In this document: positions 27,543-36,189 of the stretch, in pieces
Layout: each line of letters opens with the position of its first letter
Position numbering within the stretch: the first letter of the stretch is position 1
Source: an uncultured Dehalococcoidales bacterium
Lineage (GTDB): Bacteria; Chloroflexota; Dehalococcoidia; Dehalococcoidales; BS750m-G39
Direction: 5' to 3'
Assembly: GCA_964396645.1 (NCBI GenBank)
Contig: CAYNFV010000001.1
Span: 1-42,524, forward strand
DNA length: 42,524 nt
Notes under the pieces: model-generated
Databases searched by the model: none
The model's input: the letters and a program-made list of their open reading frames with translations, nothing else
What the model was told of the DNA's origin: nothing
Program-made: the position numbers and the translations under genes

Positions 27543-27634
27543 TAGCTGACGCCCGTTTTTCCGACGTATTCGAGATAATGCCTTCACCTAGAAATTATAT
27601 CGGCACTAAGCTATAATGGAAAAACAGTCGGAAG

Positions 27635-28816
27635 GTGAGAAGCTTGGATATTAAAGCGCTAAAAGACTCGGTTATTAAAGAAGTAGAGGCTCACCGCCGC
27701 CAACTCCGTGATTTAAGCCTTAAAATCCACGCCAACCCCGAGCTGGGCTTTAAAGAGGTCAAGTCATCCGCCCTGCTCACCCAGTACCTGGAAGAAAACG
27801 GCTTCGCTATAGAGCGGGGCATCTGCGAACTACCCACCGCCTTCCAGGGAAGATACGGAAACGGCAAACCAGCTATCGCCATTCTGGCTGAGTACGATGC
27901 CCTGCCCCAGCTGGGGCATGCCTGTGGTCATAACCTGATTGCCGGTGCTGCCGTCGGTGCCGCCGTGGCTTCTAAATCAGCCATCGACAAATGTGGGGGC
28001 AGTGTCCTGGTTATCGGCACGCCCGCCGAGGAGTTCTACGGGGGCAAGGTGGTAATGGCGGAGCGGGGTGCCTTTAACAATATAGACGTGGCCATGATGG
28101 TGCACCCGGGGGCGCACGACAGCGCCACCACCCAGGCTCTGGCCTGCATCACCCTGGAGGTCGAGTTCTTCGGCAAGGCGGCCCACGCCGCCACCAGGCC
28201 CGAAGCCGGCATCAACGCCCTGGAGGCAATGCTCCTATCCTTCGCCGCCATTAACGCCCTGCGGCAGCACGTTCTGGACAAGGCGCGCATACACGGCATT
28301 ATTACCGACGGCGGAGAGGCACCCAATGTCGTCCCCACCCACAGCGCCGGCAGCTTCCTGGTGCGCGCCGAGGATAACGCCTATCTGGATGAGCTAAAAG
28401 AGAAGGTGCTGGATTGCTTTGTCGGCGCCGCCGCCGCCACCGGCGCCCGCCTGGAATACCATTGGGGCCAGACAGTCTACGCGCCGCTGCGCAACAACCT
28501 GACGCTGGCCGAGCTCTTCCGGCAGAATATTAATTATCTGGGGCGCGACATGCCCCTCTACGGAGCCAGTAGGGTCGGCAGCACCGATATGGGCAACGTC
28601 AGCCAAATAGTGCCCGGCATCCACCCCACCATCGCCGTTGCCCCCGAAGAGGTGGTCATACACTCTCCGGAGTTCGCTGAAGCGGCGGCTTCCGATGCCG
28701 GCATCAAGGGGATGCTCGACGCCGCCAAGGCGCTGGCGATGACGGTGGCCGACCTGACGGCCAGCCCGGAAAAAATTACCAAAGTCAAAGAAGAGTTTGA
28801 CCGGGCAGACGGCTAA
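27635..28816 (+). CDS. M20-family amidohydrolase/metallopeptidase (AbgB / aminoacylase-like subgroup)
   Basis: 393 aa. IHANPELGFKE, the metal-ligand region LAEYDALPQLGHACGHNL, and GTPAEE are characteristic of M20D amidohydrolases. GTG 27635 abuts a ggaagg; TTG 27644 is an alternative start. A tataat at 27612-27617 lies upstream. Confidence 0.8.
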   Translation: MRSLDIKALKDSVIKEVEAHRRQLRDLSLKIHANPELGFKEVKSSALLTQYLEENGFAIERGICELPTAFQGRYGNGKPAIAILAEYDALPQLGHACGHNLIAGAAVGAAVASKSAIDKCGGSVLVIGTPAEEFYGGKVVMAERGAFNNIDVAMMVHPGAHDSATTQALACITLEVEFFGKAAHAATRPEAGINALEAMLLSFAAINALRQHVLDKARIHGIITDGGEAPNVVPTHSAGSFLVRAEDNAYLDELKEKVLDCFVGAAAATGARLEYHWGQTVYAPLRNNLTLAELFRQNINYLGRDMPLYGASRVGSTDMGNVSQIVPGIHPTIAVAPEEVVIHSPEFAEAAASDAGIKGMLDAAKALAMTVADLTASPEKITKVKEEFDRADG

Positions 28817-28822
28817 AAGTGC

Positions 28823-28851
28823 TTGTCAAACCAAGCCCCGTAATTTAATAT
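28823..28851 (+). promoter_or_regulatory. Candidate promoter of the BadF-type ATPase / plsX / trx unit (TTGTCA-17-TAATAT)
   Basis: ttgtca at 28823-28828, a 17-nt spacer, and taatat at 28846-28851. SD aggag precedes ATG 28875. Confidence 0.45.
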
Positions 28852-28874
28852 TATATTAATGCTTAGGAGAACTA

Positions 28875-29834
28875 ATGGAAGCCTATCTGGGTATTGATGT
28901 CGGCTCGGTAACCACCAAGCTGGCCGTAATTGATGAGGTTGACGAGCTGGTTGCCCACCTCTACCTGCCCACCCGCGGTAAGCCCATCGAGATGACGCAG
29001 CAGGGCTTAAGGCAGATAAAGGAGCAAATACCCCCCGACATGGATATCCGCGGCGTGGCCACCACGGGCAGCGCCCGCTTTCTGGCCGGGGTTATCGTCG
29101 GCGCCGACCTGGTCAAGAACGAGATTACCAGCCACGCCGTAGGCGCCCTGCACTATTTCCCCCAGAGCCAGACCGTCATCGAAATCGGCGGGCAGGACAG
29201 CAAGATAATTATTATCCGCGACGGTAACGTAACCGACTTCGGCATGAACACGGTCTGCGCCGCCGGCACGGGCAGCTTCCTTGACCACCAGGCGCTGCGC
29301 CTAAATATGAGCATCGAGCAGTTCAGCCGAAAGGCGCTGGAGAGCGCCAATCCGGTGCACATCGCCGGGCGCTGCACCGTCTTCGCCGAATCGGACATGA
29401 TACACAAACAGCAGAGCGGGCACTGCACCGAGGACATCGTCTACGGGCTGTGCCAGGCGCTGGTGCGCAACTACCTTAATAACGTCGGCCTGGGCAAGGA
29501 TATACAACCCCCCATAATCTTTCAGGGCGGGGTTGCTTTCAACCAGGGCATCGTCAAGGCGCTCCAGGAGGAGCTCGGCCCCGAGGTTACCGTCCCCCCC
29601 TACCACGAGGTGATGGGGGCGATAGGCGCCGCCCTGCTGGTGCACGAAGAGATGACAAATGGACAGAATAGAAGCAGGTTCAAGGGGTTCGGGGCCAGCG
29701 AGATAGACTATCATACTTCTTCCTTCCAATGCCAGGCCTGCCCTACCCTGTGCGAGATATCCCAGCTTTCCGTCGACGGAAAGATTCTGGCCCAGTGGGG
29801 AGGTCGCTGCGACCTCTGGCACCAAAACGTTTAA
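28875..29834 (+). CDS. BadF/BadG/BcrA/BcrD-type ATPase (HgdC-like 'activase' of 2-hydroxyacyl-CoA dehydratase / benzoyl-CoA reductase systems) with C-terminal Cys cluster
   Basis: ASKHA-fold phosphate-1 motif LGIDVGSVTTK, IEIGGQDSK, and the cluster-ligand contexts NTVCAAGTGSF (Cys128) and AGRCTVFAESD (Cys167), positioned as in HgdC. An extra C-terminal CQACPTLC...GGRC motif is also present. Confidence 0.75.
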   Translation: MEAYLGIDVGSVTTKLAVIDEVDELVAHLYLPTRGKPIEMTQQGLRQIKEQIPPDMDIRGVATTGSARFLAGVIVGADLVKNEITSHAVGALHYFPQSQTVIEIGGQDSKIIIIRDGNVTDFGMNTVCAAGTGSFLDHQALRLNMSIEQFSRKALESANPVHIAGRCTVFAESDMIHKQQSGHCTEDIVYGLCQALVRNYLNNVGLGKDIQPPIIFQGGVAFNQGIVKALQEELGPEVTVPPYHEVMGAIGAALLVHEEMTNGQNRSRFKGFGASEIDYHTSSFQCQACPTLCEISQLSVDGKILAQWGGRCDLWHQNV

Positions 29835-29853
29835 CATTGTTGGTGAGAAAGAT

Positions 29854-30867
29854 ATGCTGATTGCCGTTGATGCCGCTGGTGGCGAAAACGCCCCGCGGGA
29901 GATAGTAAAGGGAGCCATAAAGGCCGTCCAGGAACACGGGGTTGATATCGCCCTGGTGGGCGACAAAGCCGTATTGCACGTGCTGGCCGGGCGCGATATA
30001 AAGAAGCTGAACCTCCAGATATTCGACGCCCAGGAGGTCATCGCCCCCAACGAGCACCCCATGAGAGCCGTGAAGAATAAGCCAAACTCCTCAATAGTCA
30101 TCGGCGTAAACCTGGTCAGGGACGGCGTCGCCTCGGCCTTTGTATCGGCGGGCAACACCGGGGCGGTGTTAGGTGCCGGGCTGCTCAAGCTGGGGAGGAT
30201 AGAGGGCGTGGAGCGCCCCGCCCTGGGCAGCTTCCTTGATATCACCCCCGCCACCCCCACCCTACTCATTGATGCCGGTGCCAACGCCGAGTGCCGCCCC
30301 AGCCACCTGCTCCAGTTCGCTCAGCTGGGATCAACCTACGTCAAGTACCTTATGGATATCGAGGCGCCGCGCGTCCGCCTGCTTAGCACCGGCGAAGAGG
30401 AGACCAAGGGCAACCGCCTGACCCAGGAAAGCTATAACCTGCTTAAAGAAAGCCGGCTCAACTTCGTCGGCAATGTAGAAGGGCAGGACATAGCCAAATC
30501 AACTGCTGACGTCATCGTTACCGATGGCTTCACCGGCAACATCGTGCTCAAGACGATAGAGGGCATTGGCGACACCTTCCTGGGAGCGGCGCGCCAGGTG
30601 GGCTACGTCATGGCCACTGCCTATCACCTCCGCGGGCGAGAGCTGCTCCAGGGAATCGGACTGGGTCCCTGGGCCAAGAAAGCCGATTACAGGGAATACG
30701 GCGGCGCCTGTCTTCTGGGGGTAAACGGGACTATCATCGTCGCCCACGGCCGCAGCCAGGCCAAAGCGATAAAGAATGCCATAGTTCAAGCCAAACAGAC
30801 GGTAGAACGGGATATATGCCGAATAATTAGGGAGGGAAATCGTGAGCAAACCAATAGCAGTAACTGA
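29854..30867 (+). CDS. plsX: Phosphate acyltransferase PlsX
   Basis: 337 aa. [12 protein letters not shown], the SAGNTGA motif, [13 protein letters not shown] and GLNGxxxxxHG ([13 protein letters not shown]) are typical of PlsX. Confidence 0.9.
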   Translation: MLIAVDAAGGENAPREIVKGAIKAVQEHGVDIALVGDKAVLHVLAGRDIKKLNLQIFDAQEVIAPNEHPMRAVKNKPNSSIVIGVNLVRDGVASAFVSAGNTGAVLGAGLLKLGRIEGVERPALGSFLDITPATPTLLIDAGANAECRPSHLLQFAQLGSTYVKYLMDIEAPRVRLLSTGEEETKGNRLTQESYNLLKESRLNFVGNVEGQDIAKSTADVIVTDGFTGNIVLKTIEGIGDTFLGAARQVGYVMATAYHLRGRELLQGIGLGPWAKKADYREYGGACLLGVNGTIIVAHGRSQAKAIKNAIVQAKQTVERDICRIIREGNREQTNSSN

Positions 30868-31168
30868 CGTCGACTTCGAGGAAAAGGTACTAAAGGCAAA
30901 TACACCGGTGCTGGTGGACTTCTGGGCGGCCTGGTGCCGACCCTGCCTCATGGCCGCGCCGGTGCTGGAAGAGCTGGCCGAGGAATATGACGGTAAGCTG
31001 ACCATCGCCAAGCTGGATGTCGACCAGAACGCCAAGACCGCTGCCCAGTACGGCATAATGGCCATACCCAACCTCATCATCTTCAAGGACGGCAAGCCGG
31101 TATCGCAAATCGTCGGCTATAAACCCAAGGACGCACTGAAGCGCGACTTGGAAACCGTCCTGGACTAA
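30842..31168 (+). CDS. trxA: Thioredoxin with a non-canonical WCRPC active site
   Basis: 108 aa. [13 protein letters not shown]..., cis-Pro context [16 protein letters not shown] start with SD gggaggg, overlapping the plsX 3' end by 26 nt. Codons tgg-tgc-cga-ccc-tgc lie at 30932-30946. Confidence 0.85.
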   Translation: MSKPIAVTDVDFEEKVLKANTPVLVDFWAAWCRPCLMAAPVLEELAEEYDGKLTIAKLDVDQNAKTAAQYGIMAIPNLIIFKDGKPVSQIVGYKPKDALKRDLETVLD

Positions 31169-31237
31169 TCAAAAATTGGTTTCTTTTCATCTTCCCCTCC
31201 GCCACCAACTGAAGTATAATGAGACAAGGGAGAGATT

Positions 31238-31900
31238 ATGAAGGTTGTCTTCCTCCAAGACGTGCCCGATGTAGCCAGAGCCGGCGAGGTAAAGGAGGTA
31301 GCCGACGGCTACGGCCGTAACTTTCTCATCCCCCGAAAACTGGCCGTCCTGGCCAGCCCCCAGGCAATGAGCCGGGTGGTGACCAGCGACAAGGTCCAGG
31401 CCCGGAGCGATGAAGAACTGGTCGAGCTGGCCAAGCAGCTGGAAGGGAAAGAGGTCAGCCTCAAGGCGCACGCCGGCGCTAAAGAACGGCTCTATGGCTC
31501 CATCACCAGCGCTGACATCGCCGCCGAGCTGGAGAGCGCCACCGGGCTGGTCGTCGATAAGAGAAAGATTGAGCTGGACAAGCCCATCCACCAGCTCGGT
31601 AGCTACGAGCTGACCATCAAGCTGGGCAAAGACATCACCCCCAGGATAACGGTCAACGTTATCGAGGAAGAGCCCGCCAAGGAAGAGAAGCCAGCCAAAA
31701 AGGCCAAGAAGGCGACTAAGAAAGCGGAAAAGAAGCCGGCCAAGGAAGAACCCGCCGAGAAGAAGACTAAGGCGACTAAGACGACTAAGAAGAAGGAAAC
31801 CAAGGCAACCAAGGGAAAAAAGCCGGCCAAGAAAGAAACGGCCACCAAGAAAACGAAGAAGACCACCAAAGCCAAGACAACCAAGAAGGAGAAGGCTTGA
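31238..31900 (+). CDS. rplI: 50S ribosomal protein L9 with a 78-residue Lys/Thr/Ala-rich C-terminal extension
   Basis: The N-terminal MKVVFLQDVPDVARAGEVKEVADGYGRNFLIPRKLA is the canonical L9 N-domain. The C-domain ends near residue 142 (..TVNVI). Residues 143-220 are repeats of the EEPAKEEKPAKKAKKATKK type. A tataat at 31215-31220 lies upstream. Confidence 0.85.
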   Translation: MKVVFLQDVPDVARAGEVKEVADGYGRNFLIPRKLAVLASPQAMSRVVTSDKVQARSDEELVELAKQLEGKEVSLKAHAGAKERLYGSITSADIAAELESATGLVVDKRKIELDKPIHQLGSYELTIKLGKDITPRITVNVIEEEPAKEEKPAKKAKKATKKAEKKPAKEEPAEKKTKATKTTKKKETKATKGKKPAKKETATKKTKKTTKAKTTKKEKA

Positions 31901-31903
31901 GAG

Positions 31904-33289
31904 ATGACCAACGAGAAGCTGCCGCCGCACGATGTTGACGCCGAGGAAGCCGTAATCGGCTCCCTGCTCATCGACGGGTCGGCGATTTTCAAGGTTGCCC
32001 CCCTGCTGGTGGCACTGGAGAATAAATCGCCTTTTTACACCGAGCGCAACGCCTGGATATACGATGCCTGCCTGGCGCTCTACGAACGTGATGAAGCCAT
32101 AAACCAGATAACGGTGGCTCAGGAGCTCGACCGCCAGGGTAGGCTGGAGGCCTGCGGCGGCGCCGCTTTCTTAAGCCGGCTCATAGCCACCTGCCCCACC
32201 TCGCTCGATATCGAAGACTACGCCCAGATTGTCTATCGCCTGGCGGTAATGCGCCGCCTCATTGATGCCGCCGGGCAGATTCAAAATATTGGTTATAGGG
32301 CCGAGCCCGACGTCAATGCCAGCCTGAACCAGGCGGAGGATATCCTCTTCCGGCTGCGCCACGGGCGCAGCCGGCGAGACCTCACCCACATCCGCCAGGT
32401 ACTGGACACATACTTTGAGACCACCACCCCCGAGGAGGCAGGCACCCCCCGGGAACGGTTGCCCTACGTTCTCGCCGGTTTCGCCGGGCTGGATGAGTTC
32501 CTGGGCGGATTTCAGCGCTCCGACCTGATTATCATCGGCGGCCGGCCGAGCATGGGCAAGACCAGCCTGGCCCTGAGCCTGGCCCGAAACGCCGCTGTAG
32601 AGCAGGGGGCTTGCGTGGCTCTGTTCAGCCTGGAGATGGCGCGGGAGCCGCTGGTATGGCGCATACTGGCCAGCGAATCCGAGGTCGACTCCAGACGGGT
32701 CCGCCTTGGTCTTCATACCGAAGAGCAGGAAAAACGGATTATGGACGCTATCGGCCAGCTCTCCGAGGCCAAGATATATATTGATGATACCCCTCAGCTG
32801 CGGGTGGTTGAGATGAGGAGCAAGGCCCGCCGCCTGCACTTCGAGCAGGGTATTGACCTGATCATCGTTGACTACCTGCAGCTGATGCAGGGGGACAGGC
32901 GGTTCGACAACCGCGTCCAGGAGGTCAGCGAAATCTCCCGCGCCCTCAAAGGCCTGGCCCGTGAGCTTAACGTGCCCCTGCTGGCGGTATCGCAGCTCAG
33001 CCGTGCCCCGGAGGGAAGGGCATCGCACGAACCACAACTTTCCGACTTGCGTGAGAGCGGGAGCATCGAGCAGGACGCCGATGTCGTCGTCTTCGTCTAC
33101 CGCGACGAATACTACTACCCCAGCAAAGAGGACTGGGAAAGGGAGCACCCCGGCGAAAGCTACCCCCCGCCGGCGGATATCATCATCGCCAAGCACCGCA
33201 ACGGCCCCACCGGCACCATAAAGCTGCTCTTCAAGCCGAGGATGGCCAAGTTCGAGAACATTCCCAACCAGGAACCGAGCCTGCTATAA
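31904..33289 (+). CDS. dnaB: Replicative DNA helicase DnaB
   Basis: N-terminus PPHDVDAEEAVIGSLL, Walker A GGRPSMGKTS, Walker B IIVDYLQLM, SQLSR and ESGSIEQDAD motifs. It follows rplI directly, which is the conserved rplI-dnaB linkage. No intein is present. Confidence 0.9.
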   Translation: MTNEKLPPHDVDAEEAVIGSLLIDGSAIFKVAPLLVALENKSPFYTERNAWIYDACLALYERDEAINQITVAQELDRQGRLEACGGAAFLSRLIATCPTSLDIEDYAQIVYRLAVMRRLIDAAGQIQNIGYRAEPDVNASLNQAEDILFRLRHGRSRRDLTHIRQVLDTYFETTTPEEAGTPRERLPYVLAGFAGLDEFLGGFQRSDLIIIGGRPSMGKTSLALSLARNAAVEQGACVALFSLEMAREPLVWRILASESEVDSRRVRLGLHTEEQEKRIMDAIGQLSEAKIYIDDTPQLRVVEMRSKARRLHFEQGIDLIIVDYLQLMQGDRRFDNRVQEVSEISRALKGLARELNVPLLAVSQLSRAPEGRASHEPQLSDLRESGSIEQDADVVVFVYRDEYYYPSKEDWEREHPGESYPPPADIIIAKHRNGPTGTIKLLFKPRMAKFENIPNQEPSLL

Positions 33290-33312
33290 AGGCTTAATCT
33301 GGGTAAATTCAT

Positions 33313-34023
33313 ATGGAACAGTTTAAGGGTTTCCCGTCAAAAATGAAGTTCACCGCCGTGCCCGATTTCTTCCTGAACAAGCTGCTGCCCCAGATAAGCG
33401 ATATCAACGAACTGAAGACCACCCTCCACGTCTTCCAGACGCTCTATCACAAGCGGGGCTACCCCCGCTTTACCAGCTTTAAGGAGCTGGCCGCTAGTAA
33501 GAGCCTGATGAGCGGCCTGGAAGGAAGCGGGCCGCCCGATAAGGCGCTGCGCCGCGCCCTAAAAATGGCGGCTGAACGGGGCACCATAGTTCACCTGGAA
33601 CTAGATAGGGACGGTGAGCCAGAGGATATCTATTTCCTCAACACCGAGTCGGACCGGCAGGCCGCGGCCAGGATTGAAAAGGGCGAACTGGAGCTAACCG
33701 GGCTTAAGGCCAGGGGGCCGGCCTATGTTGACGCCAGCGAGCCGCCCGATATCTTCAGCCTCTACGAGCAGAACATCGGCATGCTCACCCCTCTCATTGC
33801 CGACGAGCTGCGTGACGCTGAGCAGCTCTACCCCCAGAGCTGGATAGTGGACGCCATCAACGAGGCGGTGGCCCTCAACAAGCGGAGCTGGCGCTACATC
33901 GCCAGGATTCTGGAAAACTGGTCAGCCGAAGGCAGGAGTGATGGAACACATCGGGGAGATACTAAAAAGACAGGCCCGGACAGATACCTCAAACAAAAAT
34001 ATGGACACATGGTCCAGCGCTAA
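33313..34023 (+). CDS. DnaD-domain replication protein (DnaD/DnaB_2 C-terminal domain)
   Basis: The C-terminal segment IFSLYEQNIGMLTPLIADELRDAEQLYPQSWIVDAINEAVALNKRSWRYIARILENW fits the DnaD-like domain pattern (f..ye.n.g.l.p...e.l......y....i..Ai..a.......w.Yi..IL..W). Confidence 0.7.
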   Translation: MEQFKGFPSKMKFTAVPDFFLNKLLPQISDINELKTTLHVFQTLYHKRGYPRFTSFKELAASKSLMSGLEGSGPPDKALRRALKMAAERGTIVHLELDRDGEPEDIYFLNTESDRQAAARIEKGELELTGLKARGPAYVDASEPPDIFSLYEQNIGMLTPLIADELRDAEQLYPQSWIVDAINEAVALNKRSWRYIARILENWSAEGRSDGTHRGDTKKTGPDRYLKQKYGHMVQR

Positions 34024-34786
34024 AAGTACCAAAGAGGCACCGCCGGAGCCAGCCTGCCCCGTCTGCAACGGGGCCGGCTTCGTCCACCCGCGCTCACCGT
34101 CAGGCAAGCCGGACTACAGCCGCACCGTGCCCTGCACCTGCACCCTGCAGAAAAGGGAGAAGGAGCAGCAGAGCCGCCTGCGGCAGTACAGCGGCCTGGA
34201 AGCCAAACTGCTCCAGAACATGACCTTCGAAAGCTTCGACTGGAAGCGGGTCAACCTGCCCCCGGAGCAGCGCGAGAATCTGAAGAAAGCTTTTGATAAC
34301 GCCCTTGACTTTGCCAAAGCACCAGAGGGCTGGCTGGTCTTCCAGGGAATTAACGGCTGCGGTAAGACCCACCTGGCAGCGGCCATCGCCAACTACTGCC
34401 TCAAGGAGGGCCAGCCGGTCAAGTTCGTGGTGGTGCCCGACCTGCTCGACCACCTGCGCTCCACCTTCAGCCCGGAGAGCCCGGTGACCTACGACCAGCT
34501 CTTCGAGGAGGTCAAGAACGCCCCACTGCTCATCCTGGACGACCTGGGCAAGCAGTCAACCACCCCCTGGGCCGAGGAGAAGCTCTACCAGATTATCAAT
34601 CACCGCTATAACTACCAGCTGCCCACCGTGGTGACCACCAACTGCGCCTTGGATGAAATCGATAGTCCTATCAGCTCACGGCTGGCCGACCCTAAAATCG
34701 GCGTAGTATGGAATATCAACGCTCCTGACTACCGCACCGACGCCACCGCCAGCCGAAAGAGAACCCGCAAGAAGAAGCCCGGCTAA
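33941..34786 (+). CDS. DnaI/DnaC-family AAA+ helicase loader with N-terminal Cys-rich zinc module
   Basis: Walker A GINGCGKTHLAAAIAN and Walker B LLILDDLG; ..YQLPTVVTTN parallels B. subtilis DnaI (as recalled: GKFGVGKTFMLAAIAN, LMLDDIG, LPTFFSSN). The N-terminus MEHIGEIL resembles DnaI MEPIGRSL. The Cys module is CPVCNGAGF..PCTC at 34055-34141. The ORF track starts at GTG 33938. The gene overlaps the DnaD-like gene by about 83 nt. Confidence 0.75.
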   Translation: MEHIGEILKRQARTDTSNKNMDTWSSAKSTKEAPPEPACPVCNGAGFVHPRSPSGKPDYSRTVPCTCTLQKREKEQQSRLRQYSGLEAKLLQNMTFESFDWKRVNLPPEQRENLKKAFDNALDFAKAPEGWLVFQGINGCGKTHLAAAIANYCLKEGQPVKFVVVPDLLDHLRSTFSPESPVTYDQLFEEVKNAPLLILDDLGKQSTTPWAEEKLYQIINHRYNYQLPTVVTTNCALDEIDSPISSRLADPKIGVVWNINAPDYRTDATASRKRTRKKKPG

Positions 34787-34795
34787 ATCATTAAT

Positions 34796-34824
34796 TTGCA
34801 CTGCACGCCTTTTTTGGCTACAAT
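34796..34824 (+). promoter_or_regulatory. Promoter of the HNH gene (TTGCAC-17-TACAAT)
   Basis: ttgcac at 34796-34801, a 17-nt spacer, and tacaat at 34819-34824, 33 nt upstream of ATG 34858. Confidence 0.5.
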
Positions 34825-34857
34825 GGGGGTGTTTAGCTTTAAGAAAGCCTTTAAGTC

Positions 34858-35364
34858 ATGATAAATTTCCCCGTTTTGGTGCTTAATCAGAACTACGAAC
34901 CGCTAAATGTATGTCGGGTGCGGCGAGCGGTGGTGCTGCTCGACCGCGGCAAGGCGGAGATGCTGGAGAACGGCTCCGGCTTTATCCATACCAACACCCG
35001 TGACTTCCCCGTGCCCTCGGTAATCCGATTAGACTACATGATTAAGCGTCCCCGCCCCCAGCGAAAGCTGACCCGCCTCGAGATCTTCCACCGCGACCAC
35101 TTTACCTGCCAGTACTGCGGCAAGCAGACCAGTCAGCTTACCCTAGACCATGTTATCCCCCGCTACCGGGGTGGTGAACACCTCTGGGAAAACGTGGTCA
35201 GCGCCTGCATACCCTGCAATCGGCGTAAGGCAGGCAGAACGCCCGGGGAAGCCGGCATGAAACTACTCCGCCCCCCGGCCCCACCCCACGGCGACCGCTT
35301 CTTCTACATACCCTACCGCTACCGCCAGAGCCAGAGCCTGTGGCAAAAATACCTGCCCCAATAA
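34858..35364 (+). CDS. HNH endonuclease-domain protein (conserved roughly 170-aa family with N-terminal VLVLN..YEPL domain)
   Basis: The HNH core is CQYCG...LTLDHVIPRYRGGEHLWENVVSACIPCNRRK, with Cys4 zinc ligands plus His-Asn-Asn/His. The N-terminal PVLVLNQNYEPLNVCRVRRAVVLLDRGKAE resembles a family I recall from Actinobacteria, Deinococcus and Chloroflexi. Confidence 0.8.
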   Translation: MINFPVLVLNQNYEPLNVCRVRRAVVLLDRGKAEMLENGSGFIHTNTRDFPVPSVIRLDYMIKRPRPQRKLTRLEIFHRDHFTCQYCGKQTSQLTLDHVIPRYRGGEHLWENVVSACIPCNRRKAGRTPGEAGMKLLRPPAPPHGDRFFYIPYRYRQSQSLWQKYLPQ

Positions 35365-35367
35365 AAG

Positions 35368-36186
35368 CTAATCCTTCTTAGGCGACTGCCTCTCAACGGT
35401 AACATCACTGAGCGGTAATTCCACTGTCACCTGGCTTTCCAACTCAACCAGCACCGTTTCCTTGAGTGGATTACCCCCCACCACGTTAGCCACCCCCATA
35501 GGCGTAGACACCCTCTGGCCCGGCTTGGGTAACTTATCCCTCATGGCATGGTACTGCTTGGTCTCATAGGCCAGGCAGCAAAGCAAGCGGCCGCAAACGC
35601 CCGATATCTTGAGCGGGTTAAGCGGCAGGTTCTGCTCCTTAGCCATCTTGATGGAAACCGGCGAGAACTCGGTTAAGAAACTCATGCAGCACAGGGGACG
35701 CCCACACCGCCCGAAGCCACCCACCAGCTTGGCCTCATCTCTGGGGCCCAACTGGCGCAGCTCAACCCTTACCTTAAAACGCCTGTTTAACTCCCTGACC
35801 AGCTGCCGAAAATCAACCCTCTCCGTAGCGCTGAAGAAGAAGGTAAGCCGGCTACCGTCGAGGTTGTATTCGGCGCCGAGCAGCTTCATGGGAAGCTCTA
35901 GCTTTTCTATCAATCGGCCGCACTCAGCCAGAGCCTCGACTTCCCTGGCCTCGAAATCTTTAGCCCGTTCGATGTCTTCGGGCTCTGCCCGGCGCACTAC
36001 CGGTTTTAGCGGCTCGGTCACCTCATTGGCCAAGACCTGCTTAGGGGCAATAACCACCTGTCCCAGCTCCAGACCGCGAGCCGTCTTGACCACCACATAA
36101 TCTTCCACCTCCATATCAATGCCCGCCGGGTCAAAGTAATAAACCCTGCCGGCTCTCTTAAAACGTATACCAACAATCTCAGCCAT
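35368..36186 (-). CDS. PSP1-domain protein (YaaT/RicT-like)
   Basis: 272 aa. VGIRFKRAGRVYYFD.., and the Cys-rich CGRPLCCMSFL ... CGRLLCCLAYE typical of the PSP1/RicT Fe-S binding region. It lies immediately downstream of holB, as in Bacillus (holB-yaaT). Confidence 0.85.
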   Translation of the reverse strand: MAEIVGIRFKRAGRVYYFDPAGIDMEVEDYVVVKTARGLELGQVVIAPKQVLANEVTEPLKPVVRRAEPEDIERAKDFEAREVEALAECGRLIEKLELPMKLLGAEYNLDGSRLTFFFSATERVDFRQLVRELNRRFKVRVELRQLGPRDEAKLVGGFGRCGRPLCCMSFLTEFSPVSIKMAKEQNLPLNPLKISGVCGRLLCCLAYETKQYHAMRDKLPKPGQRVSTPMGVANVVGGNPLKETVLVELESQVTVELPLSDVTVERQSPKKD

Positions 36187-36189
36187 AAT

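Noticed and set aside
31187-31992. Minus-strand ORFs 31187-31930 and 31603-31992, rich in Leu/Phe/Gly.
   Set aside because: They are the complement of the Lys-rich (AAG/AAA) tail of rplI. This is a low-complexity artefact with no start signals.
31904-35364. DnaB/DnaD/DnaI/HNH as a prophage or plasmid replication module.
   Set aside because: There is no integrase, repressor, terminase, att-like repeat or compositional break visible. dnaB follows rplI as in most bacterial chromosomes, and holB lies next door.
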